DNA of 64,000 nt from Candidatus Kapaibacterium sp. (GTDB lineage Bacteria; Bacteroidota; Ignavibacteria; Kapaibacteriales; WFXC01): the NCBI GenBank assembly GCA_027082775.1, contig JALWUI010000063.1, positions 4,975 through 68,974 on the forward strand, given 5' to 3'. Each line of letters opens with the position of its first letter. Positions within the stretch are counted from its first letter, which is position 1. Below are positions 9,990 through 19,046 of the stretch, piece by piece. Below the pieces are notes generated by a model, which worked only from the letters and a program-made list of their open reading frames with translations, was not told the DNA's origin and did no database searches. A program made the position numbers and the translations under genes.

Positions 9990-10073
9990 GCTTGGCACAT
10001 AAGCGTTATTCAACGAACGTTTAATAACGCGCTGGCTTATTCAACGAAAAGGGCGTTTCGTTTAATAAGATGG
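9990..10073. promoter_or_regulatory. Direct-repeat element upstream of the HTH-ImmA gene (candidate operator)
   Basis: Two copies of TTATTCAACGAA...CGTTTAATAA lie 36 bp apart in the hsdM-ImmA intergenic region. Confidence 0.3.
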
Positions 10074-11627
10074 CTATTTCCCATACCCCAACACCTGTAG
10101 GTTCTTGCGAATTTCTGCTTCCAGCCGGCGACTTTCTTCGAACTGCTCATAGAGCTGTGCGGTCAACGCTGCCATCTTCTGCTCGAAGGGGACATCGTCG
10201 TCTTCTTTTTCCTCCACACCCACGTAACGTCCTGGCGTAAGGACGTAATCGTGTTTGCGGATGTCCTCGATGGTAGCTGACTTCCACCAGCCGGGTTTGT
10301 CTTCGTAACCCTTACCTCGCTTCCAGGCGTGGTACACGTCGGCGATCTGGCGGATTTCCTCCTGCGTGAGTTCCCGGTGCGTGCGGTCGACCAGCCGTCC
10401 CATTCGGCGGGCGTCGATGAAGAGCGTCTCGCCGGTGCGGTCGCGCCAGCCGCGCCTCGGATTGCTTTTCTTGGTGCGGGTAATGAACCAGAGGCAGGCG
10501 GGGATCGGCGTGGTGTAGAAGAGTTGCCCCGGCAGGGCAACGATACACTCTATCAAATCATCTTCGATGATTCCTTTGCAGATGGCAAATTCTGCTTTGG
10601 TGGAAGTGGATAGCGAACCATTCGCCATCACAAAGCCGGCTGTGCCGTTCGGAGCCAGGTGGTAGATGAAATGCTGGATCCAGGCGTAGTTCGCATTGCC
10701 CGCCGGTGGAACCCCGTACTTCCATCGAGGATCTTCCCGCAGCCGCTCACCGCCCCAATGACTCATATTGAACGGTGGATTGGCGAGAATGTAGTCGGCT
10801 CTGAGGTCTTTGTGCAGGTCGTTCAGGAAAGTGTCTGCCGGGTGTGGACCAAGATCTGCCTCGATGCGGCGAATTGCCAGATTCATTTTTGCCAGTCGCC
10901 AGGTGGTCGGGTTGGATTCCTGCCCATAAATAGCAATGTCACCAAGTTTGCCGCCGTGCGCTTCTACAAAGCGTTCTGACTGGATGAACATCCCGCCGGA
11001 GCCGCAACAGGGGTCATAGACTCTTCCCCGATAGGGCTCGATCATTTCGACCAGCAACTGCACCACACACTGAGGCGTATAGAACTCGCCTCCACCTTTG
11101 CCTTCAGCAGCCGCGAATCGACCTAAGAAGTACTCGTACACCCGTCCCAGTGGATCTTTGACTCCATACTCGCGGGCACGCAGGTCGATGTCCCCCACCA
11201 GCTTGACCAGCTCTCCCAGCCGGATTTTGTCCAGCGTTGGACGAGCGTAATTTTTAGGTAGCACGCCTTTGAGTGGCGGGTTTTCACGTTCGATCGCTTC
11301 CATTGCCTGATCAATTACCTGCCCAATCTCAGGTTGTGGCGCAGCCGCCTGAATTCGGTCCCAGCGTGCCTCTGGCGGTACCCAGAATACATTTGCCGCC
11401 AGATATTCGTCGCGGTCCTCTGGATCAGCATATTCCGTCTCTTGCAGTGCTTTCAGTTCCTCGTATTTCTTCTGAAACGCATCGGAGATGTACTTCAGAA
11501 AGATCAGCCCCAGCACCGTATGTTTGTACTCGGCTGCGTCCATATGGCCCCGCAATCGGTCAGCCATTTCCCAGAGTTTCTTTTCAAACCCCAAAGTTGC
11601 TCCGTTGGTCTGGATATCACTCATCAT
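10074..11627 (-). CDS. hsdM: Type I restriction-modification N6-adenine DNA methyltransferase subunit HsdM
   Basis: HsdM N-terminal domain, AdoMet motif DPCCGSGGM, and catalytic motif NPPFN. Confidence 0.9.
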   Translation of the reverse strand: MMSDIQTNGATLGFEKKLWEMADRLRGHMDAAEYKHTVLGLIFLKYISDAFQKKYEELKALQETEYADPEDRDEYLAANVFWVPPEARWDRIQAAAPQPEIGQVIDQAMEAIERENPPLKGVLPKNYARPTLDKIRLGELVKLVGDIDLRAREYGVKDPLGRVYEYFLGRFAAAEGKGGGEFYTPQCVVQLLVEMIEPYRGRVYDPCCGSGGMFIQSERFVEAHGGKLGDIAIYGQESNPTTWRLAKMNLAIRRIEADLGPHPADTFLNDLHKDLRADYILANPPFNMSHWGGERLREDPRWKYGVPPAGNANYAWIQHFIYHLAPNGTAGFVMANGSLSTSTKAEFAICKGIIEDDLIECIVALPGQLFYTTPIPACLWFITRTKKSNPRRGWRDRTGETLFIDARRMGRLVDRTHRELTQEEIRQIADVYHAWKRGKGYEDKPGWWKSATIEDIRKHDYVLTPGRYVGVEEKEDDDVPFEQKMAALTAQLYEQFEESRRLEAEIRKNLQVLGYGK

Positions 11628-11794
11628 CGATCCTCCGATGGGTTTTGTTCAGATTCAGTGTTCCCCAATTCGATTGCGTAAACAGTAAATCCACGATGCA
11701 GTGAGAAAAGCATTGCTTGTATGCTGAAAAGCTGCTGGGGTGAGCGTTCATCTGAAGAAAGGAAGACTTCCAGCAGGGAAGTTGCCCGTTTGCC

Positions 11795-12035
11795 GGGGGC
11801 GCACGCTTCAGCGTACATTCCCCTCACCCTAACCCTTTCCCAGAGGAAGAGGGGATTTCTTGCACCCGTAGGGGCGACCGGCTGGTCGCTCACCGGGCGA
11901 AGCACCACTTCGCCCCTACCATTGCACCGGGAGCGCACACTTCAGTGTGCACTTCCGATCCTTCTGCCGGCGAAAGCCGGCGCTTCCAGTTGTTGCCAGC
12001 AAGAGCTGGCGCTTTTCGCGCTTTTTCGTTGTAGA
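11795..12035. repeat. Hairpin-array repeat cluster B
   Basis: Positions 11796-11945 are about 93% identical to 6810-6960 of cluster A in the same orientation. Additional hairpins: GCACACTTCAGTGTGC, CCGGCGAAAGCCGG. Confidence 0.7.
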
Positions 12036-12094
12036 GGAGAGCACGGGCTGGGTGCGGGGGAGTTCGCCGCTGGTGATTCGGGCGGTTACCTGCC

Positions 12095-12811
12095 TTACTC
12101 TGACTGTTCCTGCTGGAACCGGAGATAATCGATGGTTGCTCGGACGTGGGCGAAGATGCTGCGCCACATTGCGTCGGTGAGGCGTCCGGTGAGGGTGTTC
12201 TGCTGGCTCGGATGGTAGGAGCCGATGAGGTAGTACGTGTCGAGTTGTACCGTTGCCCCGTGGTGGAACCGGGGTTTCGGTCTGGGAATGGGAACGTCGA
12301 AGGAGCGGAGCAGCTGCAGGCTGGTTTCCCACGCTATGCCGCCTAAGGCAAGAAGAACGCGGACGTTGGGTAGCAGTGAGAACTCTGCCCGGAGATACTC
12401 GAAACAGTTCTGGCGTTCTTCGCGCGTCGGCAGGTTGTTGGGGGGTACACACCGGACCGCGGCAGTGATGTAGCAATTGCTGAGCGTCAGCCCATCGTCG
12501 CGGGAAATGGATTCCGGCTGGGAGGCAAAGCCGTATTCGAAGAGGGCGCGGTAGAGCCACTCTCCACTTCGGTCGCCGGTGAACATTCTGCCTGTCCGGT
12601 TTGCACCGTGGGCGCCGGGCGCTAAGCCGACAATGAGGAGCATTGCATTGGGATCACCAAAGCCGGGAACAGGCTTGCCCCAGTACTCCCAGTCCTGATA
12701 CTTGCGCCGCTTGACCGTTGCAACCTGCTGCCGCCATTGTACTAAGCGTGGGCATTTTGTGCACGCTACCAGTGAGGCATTGAGCGCTTCGAGCGAAATG
12801 AATTTTTTCAT
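12095..12811 (-). CDS. Uracil-DNA glycosylase superfamily protein (family 4/5-like, Fe-S type)
   Basis: CTKCPRL Fe-S cysteine motif and GLAPGAHGANRTGRMFTGD active-site region. Confidence 0.8.
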   Translation of the reverse strand: MKKFISLEALNASLVACTKCPRLVQWRQQVATVKRRKYQDWEYWGKPVPGFGDPNAMLLIVGLAPGAHGANRTGRMFTGDRSGEWLYRALFEYGFASQPESISRDDGLTLSNCYITAAVRCVPPNNLPTREERQNCFEYLRAEFSLLPNVRVLLALGGIAWETSLQLLRSFDVPIPRPKPRFHHGATVQLDTYYLIGSYHPSQQNTLTGRLTDAMWRSIFAHVRATIDYLRFQQEQSE

Positions 12812-13887
12812 TGTTGTCCCTTTGCGTTGCGGATGATGGCAATGATTGCTTCGATGAGCACACCTTCAGCATTTTCCCCCGACCGCTTAATGCGGGCATC
12901 AGCCTGATACAGGATGTCCAGTGCCTGTACAATTGCTTTCAGAGGGAATTGCTGGAGAGCGGCAAGGTATTCGGGGATGAAAAATGCGTTGATCCCGGTG
13001 ATTTTGCTCAATTCCTGCGTGTTCCGTTTCCGAAGCTGCGCAAGTTTCAGAAGAACAGTAAAGTAGCGGGTGAGCATTGTCAGGATGATTAGTGACTGAC
13101 GCTGAACGGTTAAAAGGTGCTTGAGTATCCGGAGCGCTCGCGGCAAATCCGCCTTACCGATTGCTGTCTGAAGATCAAAGATAGTATGCTCACGTGCAAA
13201 TCCTGCCAGCGCGGCAACATCCTCAGCGGTGATCTTCGGACGATCGCCCACGTAGAGAACGAGCTTTTCAATTTCGTTGTGGACTGCATAGAGCGAATCG
13301 CCGGCATACTGGATCAGCAATTCCAGAGCGTCGGGGTCGATGGATTTGCCGTGCTGCCGGATGCGCTCCCCTGCCCACGACGGGATTTCCCGGTCATACA
13401 GTTTCGGATGCTCGATCCACAAATGGCGTTCTAACAACAACGGGAAGGGAAACGGTGCTTTCCGCAGTTTCTTCTCCACCGTTGCCTGATGCCGCGGTTT
13501 GTTGAGCTGCCGGCTGATGCCGTCCAGGGTGGGGAGAGAAGCAACGAAGACCAGCGTGTTTTCCGGGATCGGGCGTTCTAAGAGTTGACGCAACAGGGTT
13601 CCCTCTTTGCGCTTCTCCAGCTTTGCCAGCCGTTCGGCGCGACGTAAAATAAGCAGCCGCCGGCTGCCCAAAAGAGGATAAGCCATCATCCGGCTGAGCA
13701 GTTGCTCCGGCGGAAGCTCTTCACAGTTCAGGAATTCCACCTGCTGCGACGTAACACCCCGTCGGTAGGCTTCCTGCAGCAATTGCTGGAGCGTTTCTTC
13801 CACCAGCAACCGTTCTTCGCCAAAGATGAGCAGCACAGGCGGCAACTGCTTTGCCTTTCGTAAAGCCGCGATCGTGACTGGTTTCAT
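12808..13887 (-). CDS. holA: DNA polymerase III subunit delta
   Basis: HolA-like overall architecture and length. Its stop overlaps the udg start by 4 bp. Confidence 0.7.
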   Translation of the reverse strand: MKPVTIAALRKAKQLPPVLLIFGEERLLVEETLQQLLQEAYRRGVTSQQVEFLNCEELPPEQLLSRMMAYPLLGSRRLLILRRAERLAKLEKRKEGTLLRQLLERPIPENTLVFVASLPTLDGISRQLNKPRHQATVEKKLRKAPFPFPLLLERHLWIEHPKLYDREIPSWAGERIRQHGKSIDPDALELLIQYAGDSLYAVHNEIEKLVLYVGDRPKITAEDVAALAGFAREHTIFDLQTAIGKADLPRALRILKHLLTVQRQSLIILTMLTRYFTVLLKLAQLRKRNTQELSKITGINAFFIPEYLAALQQFPLKAIVQALDILYQADARIKRSGENAEGVLIEAIIAIIRNAKGQQ

Positions 13888-13936
13888 TCCTGTTGCTTCA
13901 AATACTTGCGCTGTACCCTTAAAAACGAACGTTTCA

Positions 13937-15001
13937 TTACTCCCGCCGCATTAAGGTTCGAGGATCGAGCGCATCGCGCAAGCCATCGCCGAGCAGATTA
14001 AAGGCAATGACCGCCAGCGCGATGGCAATGCTGGGGAAGACGGTCAGTTCCCAGTTCACCCCAGCAGCGATGTACCCATACCCATCCCGGATCATCTGTC
14101 CCCACGACGGCGTGGGCGGCTGCACCCCTAAGCCGAGGAAGCTCAATCCTGCTTCCGCGATAATCGCATTGGCAAAGCCGGCGGTCATAATGACCGTCAG
14201 CGGACCCAGGGTATTGGGCAGAATGTGGCGCAGGATGATCCGCCGCGTGGGATAGCCCAGCGCGCGGGTTGCTTCCACAAATTCCGCTTCGCGCAGAGAA
14301 AGGAACTGCCCCCGAACAATGCGGGCAATGTCGACCCACGTGGAAATCCCAATAGCAACAAAGGTTTGCCAGAATCCCTGTCCTAAGACAACAGAGAAGG
14401 CGATAACCAACAGAATGGTTGGAAACGACCACACGACATTGATCAGCCACATAATGAGGTCATCGATCCAGCTCAGGAAGTATCCTGCCAGCGCTCCCAG
14501 AAGGATTCCGATGCTCAGCGCAATGCCCTGAGAAATCAAGCCCACTGAGAGACTGATGCGAGCGCCGTAGACCAGGCGACTGAAAACATCCCGTCCATAC
14601 CGGTCTGTCCCCAGCAGAAAGAGCGGTTGCCGATGCCAGTCGGAAGGATCATCACCCCACAGTTGCTGAATTGCAATGCGGTGGCGTCTGCCGTCGATGT
14701 CCGTGTAAACAACGGTGTCGCCACGTACTTCGTAGTGCTGGATAGGAATCAGCAACGGCTCATCTGGATGGGCAGGATTGCGTTTTAGCAGGAGATTGCC
14801 GCGAAAGAAAGCCGGTTTGATCGCATATTCCAGGATTTGCACGTGCGGCGGAAATGGGGCGATAAAGTCTGCGAAAATTGCCGTCAGGGTCAGCAGACTG
14901 ATAATGCTCAGTCCCACCATTGCAGCAATACTCTGCCGCAACCGCCGCCACGTTTGCTGCCACAATCCTCCGTGTCGATCGCTATATGCTTCGCGATTCA
15001 T
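13937..15001 (-). CDS. ABC transporter permease (OppC/DppC-like)
   Basis: Multiple transmembrane segments and the binding-protein-dependent transport EAA-like motif. Confidence 0.8.
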   Translation of the reverse strand: MNREAYSDRHGGLWQQTWRRLRQSIAAMVGLSIISLLTLTAIFADFIAPFPPHVQILEYAIKPAFFRGNLLLKRNPAHPDEPLLIPIQHYEVRGDTVVYTDIDGRRHRIAIQQLWGDDPSDWHRQPLFLLGTDRYGRDVFSRLVYGARISLSVGLISQGIALSIGILLGALAGYFLSWIDDLIMWLINVVWSFPTILLVIAFSVVLGQGFWQTFVAIGISTWVDIARIVRGQFLSLREAEFVEATRALGYPTRRIILRHILPNTLGPLTVIMTAGFANAIIAEAGLSFLGLGVQPPTPSWGQMIRDGYGYIAAGVNWELTVFPSIAIALAVIAFNLLGDGLRDALDPRTLMRRE

Positions 15002-15013
15002 CTCAATGCACCG

Positions 15014-15940
15014 CTATGACAGTTTGATTTTCGGATCCAGGAAAGCATAGATAATGTCGACCAGTAAGTTGATAATCACGAACACGACAGCGGTAAAGAG
15101 CACAACTCCTTGAATCACGGGATAATCCAGCTTTTCAATGGCGTTAATGGCGACCGTGCCAATGCCGGGCCAATTGAAGATGTACTCGATAAAGAAGGTT
15201 CCGGCAAGCAGGGCAGCGAACCAGGCACTGACGGTGGTGACCACCGGATTGAGGGCATTGCGCAGAGCGTGCTTGAAGAGCACCGCTGATTGGGGTAAGC
15301 CCTTTGCTTTCGCCGTACGAATGTACTCCTGATGGAGGACTTCCAGCATACTACTTCGGGTAAGGCGGGCGATGATGGACAGCGGGCGAACACCCAGGGT
15401 GATCATCGGCAAAAGTAAATACTCCCATCCCCGGTTGATGTAGCCAGAAATGGGTAACCACTGGAGCAGAACGCCGAACAGTAAGGCGAACAGCAATCCG
15501 GTGACAAAGGAAGGTAATGAAATGCCCAGTAGGGCAGTAGTCATAATGGTGGTGTCAAACCAGGTATTTGCCCGCAGGGCAGAGAAGATGCCCAGAAGAA
15601 TACCCAGAATGGATGCAAGAGTAATAGCGCTGACTGCCAGCAGTGCCGTTGCCGGAATCCGTTCCGCGATTGTTTCAACGACGTCACGATTGGTCGCAAA
15701 CGAGCGTCCCAGATCGCCGTGTAGCACTCGCCAGAGATAGTTCACGTACTGTTCGTACAGCGGGCGATCCAGTCCTAACTGTTTGCGGAGTGCTTCAACC
15801 GATGCAATATCAGCGCGCTGTCCCAGCAATAGCCGGGCAGGATCGCCAGGAAGAACGTAGTTGATGAAGAAAGTAATGGTCAGAACACCGTAGAGCACCA
15901 GCACTGAATACAGCAATTTTCGGATAATGTACGCTGCCAT
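15014..15940 (-). CDS. ABC transporter permease (OppB/DppB-like)
   Basis: Typical OppB N-terminus (MAAYIIRKLLYSVLVLYGVLTITF) and transmembrane profile. Confidence 0.8.
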   Translation of the reverse strand: MAAYIIRKLLYSVLVLYGVLTITFFINYVLPGDPARLLLGQRADIASVEALRKQLGLDRPLYEQYVNYLWRVLHGDLGRSFATNRDVVETIAERIPATALLAVSAITLASILGILLGIFSALRANTWFDTTIMTTALLGISLPSFVTGLLFALLFGVLLQWLPISGYINRGWEYLLLPMITLGVRPLSIIARLTRSSMLEVLHQEYIRTAKAKGLPQSAVLFKHALRNALNPVVTTVSAWFAALLAGTFFIEYIFNWPGIGTVAINAIEKLDYPVIQGVVLFTAVVFVIINLLVDIIYAFLDPKIKLS

Positions 15941-15943
15941 TGG

Positions 15944-16870
15944 CTACACAATCACCAGCAATTTCATTGGAATTTCCCCAGCTTCTGCAAAAGCCTTAAG
16001 ACGTTCAATCATCGATGGTGTTAGCGGTTCATTGCTGCCGACAATGAGCAAACCGTAAGAAGTATAGCAATTCTCTGCCAGTTGCATTCCGGGTTGCAGT
16101 TGTGCCACGCTCAGCCGCCGGATGACCTTTTGTCCCAGTTTCCGGCGCTCTTCTTCAATGAGAGCAATGAATGTATCAACGACTTTTTCGCTGAAGATGC
16201 TGCCCGCCTTCGATTGCAGGTACTGCAATGCCTGCTCCGATCGCTGGCGGGTATAGTCCAGCAGAGATTGCGTTGAAAAGTATGGAGTCGACGATTTGGC
16301 AACTTCGGTCCGATCTCTCGATTGTTTGTACACCGCATTGTGATAGACGTCGACAACCCCAATGATCAGTGCTGCTGGGTGAATGAGCCTGCCGGACAAC
16401 CCCTGAGGAAAGCCACTGCCGTCCAGCCGTTCGTGATGGTGTAAGACCGCCGTGGCAATTTCGGCAAATCCCTTGTGGCGCGAAAGAATCCGATGTCCCA
16501 GCACCGGATGGGATCGATAGAGCGCTAACTCCTGATCCGTCATCGATCGGGTTGATTTGCCAATGATTCGGTCTGGTAAGCCGATCTTTCCAATGTCGTG
16601 GAGATAGCCAGCGATGCGGGTGATAAAAACCTCCTCTGCATTAAGCCCCAGACGTTCCGCTACCTGCGCGGATTTTTCGCCGACAAAAACGGAGTGGCTG
16701 GTGGTGTAAAAACGTTCGTGCGCCCCAACGATCGATTGCAGCATCTCAATGGTTTGCTGGAAAGCTTCGACCAACTGTCTTTCAAGGCTGGAGGACATTG
16801 GACAGTGCTGTTTGAAGGTTGGACTCAACTCGCAAAGAATCGATGGAGTGTCCCAAAAAGCGTTCGGCAA
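15944..16870 (-). CDS. HD-GYP domain protein (putative c-di-GMP phosphodiesterase)
   Basis: Motifs GYLHDIGK and HHERLDGSGFP. The 5' end overlaps the murI 3' end, so the true start is probably the internal Met near 16798. Confidence 0.7.
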   Translation of the reverse strand: MPNAFWDTPSILCELSPTFKQHCPMSSSLERQLVEAFQQTIEMLQSIVGAHERFYTTSHSVFVGEKSAQVAERLGLNAEEVFITRIAGYLHDIGKIGLPDRIIGKSTRSMTDQELALYRSHPVLGHRILSRHKGFAEIATAVLHHHERLDGSGFPQGLSGRLIHPAALIIGVVDVYHNAVYKQSRDRTEVAKSSTPYFSTQSLLDYTRQRSEQALQYLQSKAGSIFSEKVVDTFIALIEEERRKLGQKVIRRLSVAQLQPGMQLAENCYTSYGLLIVGSNEPLTPSMIERLKAFAEAGEIPMKLLVIV

Positions 16871-17615
16871 TGGCAGGAAATTGACGGGGAAGATCAGTCA
16901 CGATGACGTGGAGCTCTCCGGAGCGCTGCGGTTGCGGAGGTTGCGAAGCAACGGTGCGAGCCAGGGCAGAGGCAGCCGCCGCTCCGGAATTGATGATATG
17001 CATTCCCGGCAGAACACGCCGGATCACCGCTGTGAGCAAGGGGAAGTGGGTACAACCTAAGATCACTGTGTCAGCATCGGAAGAAACAAAACGTTCCAAA
17101 TACAGACGCGCTGCCTGGTAGGCGATCGGATGCTCTGCCAGTCCTTCTTCGGCTAAGGGAACAAAAAGGGGGCACGGCACGCTGAGCGTGCGAATGGTGG
17201 GATCGTATTCCACCAGACTATGCTCATACGCCCGGTTTTCAACCGTTGCATACGTCCCGGTAATAAGTACCGTCTTTGTCTGCGTTTGCTGCGCTGCTTG
17301 CTGCGCTGCTGGATCGATCACATCGAATACCGGGATGGAGAGATGCTGCCGAAGAAAGGGAGCAGCGACGGCGGAAGCGGTATTGCAAGCGATCAGCAGG
17401 GCTGTTACGTCGTAGTGTTCCAGCAGGTACGTTACACCCTCGATGGTGTAGCGGAGGATGGTGTCGTTCGACTTGGTACCGTACGGCAATCGGGCGGTAT
17501 CGCCCAGGTAGATAATGGTAGCGGTGGGCAGCAGCCGCTCCAGTTCCCGGACAGCAGTCAGTCCGCCAATACCAGAATCGAAGACGCCAATTGTGATTGC
17601 TGAGCCTTGGTTCAT
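16782..17615 (-). CDS. murI: Glutamate racemase
   Basis: Motifs VFDSGIGGLTV and ...ACNTAS...; start assigned to MNQGSAITIGVFDSGIGG. Confidence 0.85.
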   Translation of the reverse strand: MNQGSAITIGVFDSGIGGLTAVRELERLLPTATIIYLGDTARLPYGTKSNDTILRYTIEGVTYLLEHYDVTALLIACNTASAVAAPFLRQHLSIPVFDVIDPAAQQAAQQTQTKTVLITGTYATVENRAYEHSLVEYDPTIRTLSVPCPLFVPLAEEGLAEHPIAYQAARLYLERFVSSDADTVILGCTHFPLLTAVIRRVLPGMHIINSGAAAASALARTVASQPPQPQRSGELHVIVTDLPRQFPAIAERFLGHSIDSLRVESNLQTALSNVLQP

Positions 17616-17681
17616 TGTCGAAAGTATGCTAAATTTGCTGAAATCAAAAGTCAAATATACAGTGAAACAGCCAGCTATCCA

Positions 17682-19046
17682 ATGATGACGCAGCAACGCC
17701 GGGATGGAGGAAATTTTTTTGTCGCTATCGCTCTTGCTTTATTGCCAGTGCTGATCGCTCCTGTATGGGCGCAGCCGGACGATACGGTGTATGTGCAGAC
17801 CAACAAGCCGCAGCCTACCTTTTCACGGTACTATCACTGGAAGCAGGCTGCGTATTTGTGGACGGTCAGTGGGAGCGGCGTTTTTGGTACGATCGTTGGA
17901 GGTATTGAACTCACCGCCGATGCCCGGTTCTCGCTGGTCAGTTTCGCAGGCTTACCGCAATATCCGAAATTGCCACTGGAGGATAACGGATGGCAGGGAC
18001 AGGCTTTTTGTAGTATTACTCCTGCTGCCTGTCGGATCTTTTTTGCAACCAACGCGCGAGTTGACCGGAACTTTACCCTCGAAGATATGCAACTGGACGT
18101 TGCAGATTCGATGAAAAAGTATCGATTTATTCCGGAAAATGACACGTACAATCCCCAGCATGTGTACACGCGCACTGTCTATGGGAACGACGTCAAAGCG
18201 CAATTTCTGTACATCGATCGGTATGGCGAGGCAAATAACCAGTACTACTTTGACAATACGGCTGTATTTCGAGTGGTAATTCAGCGCAAGTCGCCTGAAC
18301 TGCTGGTAATCCAGCCCAATCCCTATCGCATTTTGAACGATGGTCCACCAAATACGATTCCCAACACCGTTTTTCGAGAAGAAGTACTCAACTTTGGCCA
18401 GGCGCCCGTTGGGGGCGGAGCAACGATTCAATTTCGCCGGATTTTGAAAAATCGAGGATTGGAATCATTGCGGATTCGTCAGATTGTGGTAGCCGGGACA
18501 AACATCGCCGACTTTGCGGTGCAGCGAACCGATGGTGCGCCGCTGACGCAAACCACTGATTTGCAACAGTGGCAGGATTCGGTAGAGTTGGTGTTCCAAT
18601 TTCAACCAACCAGCGTGGGAGCAAAACAGGCAGAGGTGCTGGTTTTCTGTAATGATCCCACGCAAAATCCCGGCGCTGGAGAAACCTACTTCCGCTTTCT
18701 GTTGCAGGGTGAAGGGGTCCAGGCGCAATTGTCGGTGCTGCCGGAAATCGACTTTGGAGATGTGTGGGTTGGACAGCAAAAAGACACGACGCTGGTCATT
18801 ACCAATATTGGTAACACGGCAGCGACCCTATTGCAGTATACCGGTGTTGCTGATCCATTCTTTCTGACCGACCCGGTGGATACGAATCAACCGCCGCAGC
18901 CGCCGGCAGCGCTGGATCCGGGACGGTCGGATTCCCTGCGCATCGTTTCCGCCCAGCGCAGAAAGGACGAGTGCGGGATACGCTGCGAATTGCTGCAACC
19001 AATACCTCGCCGTATTCGGTGGTGCTGCGAGGACGGGGATTGCTGA
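17682..19046 (+). CDS. Secreted protein with repeated Ig-like (DUF1573/choice-of-anchor-like) units; probably the N-terminal portion of a larger gene that continues in the next ORF
   Basis: Signal peptide MMTQQRRDGGNFFVAIALALLPVLIAPVWAQ and repeated DFGxV..G...tl.I.N.G motifs. It overlaps the next ORF by 76 nt in a different frame. Confidence 0.5.
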   Translation: MMTQQRRDGGNFFVAIALALLPVLIAPVWAQPDDTVYVQTNKPQPTFSRYYHWKQAAYLWTVSGSGVFGTIVGGIELTADARFSLVSFAGLPQYPKLPLEDNGWQGQAFCSITPAACRIFFATNARVDRNFTLEDMQLDVADSMKKYRFIPENDTYNPQHVYTRTVYGNDVKAQFLYIDRYGEANNQYYFDNTAVFRVVIQRKSPELLVIQPNPYRILNDGPPNTIPNTVFREEVLNFGQAPVGGGATIQFRRILKNRGLESLRIRQIVVAGTNIADFAVQRTDGAPLTQTTDLQQWQDSVELVFQFQPTSVGAKQAEVLVFCNDPTQNPGAGETYFRFLLQGEGVQAQLSVLPEIDFGDVWVGQQKDTTLVITNIGNTAATLLQYTGVADPFFLTDPVDTNQPPQPPAALDPGRSDSLRIVSAQRRKDECGIRCELLQPIPRRIRWCCEDGDC

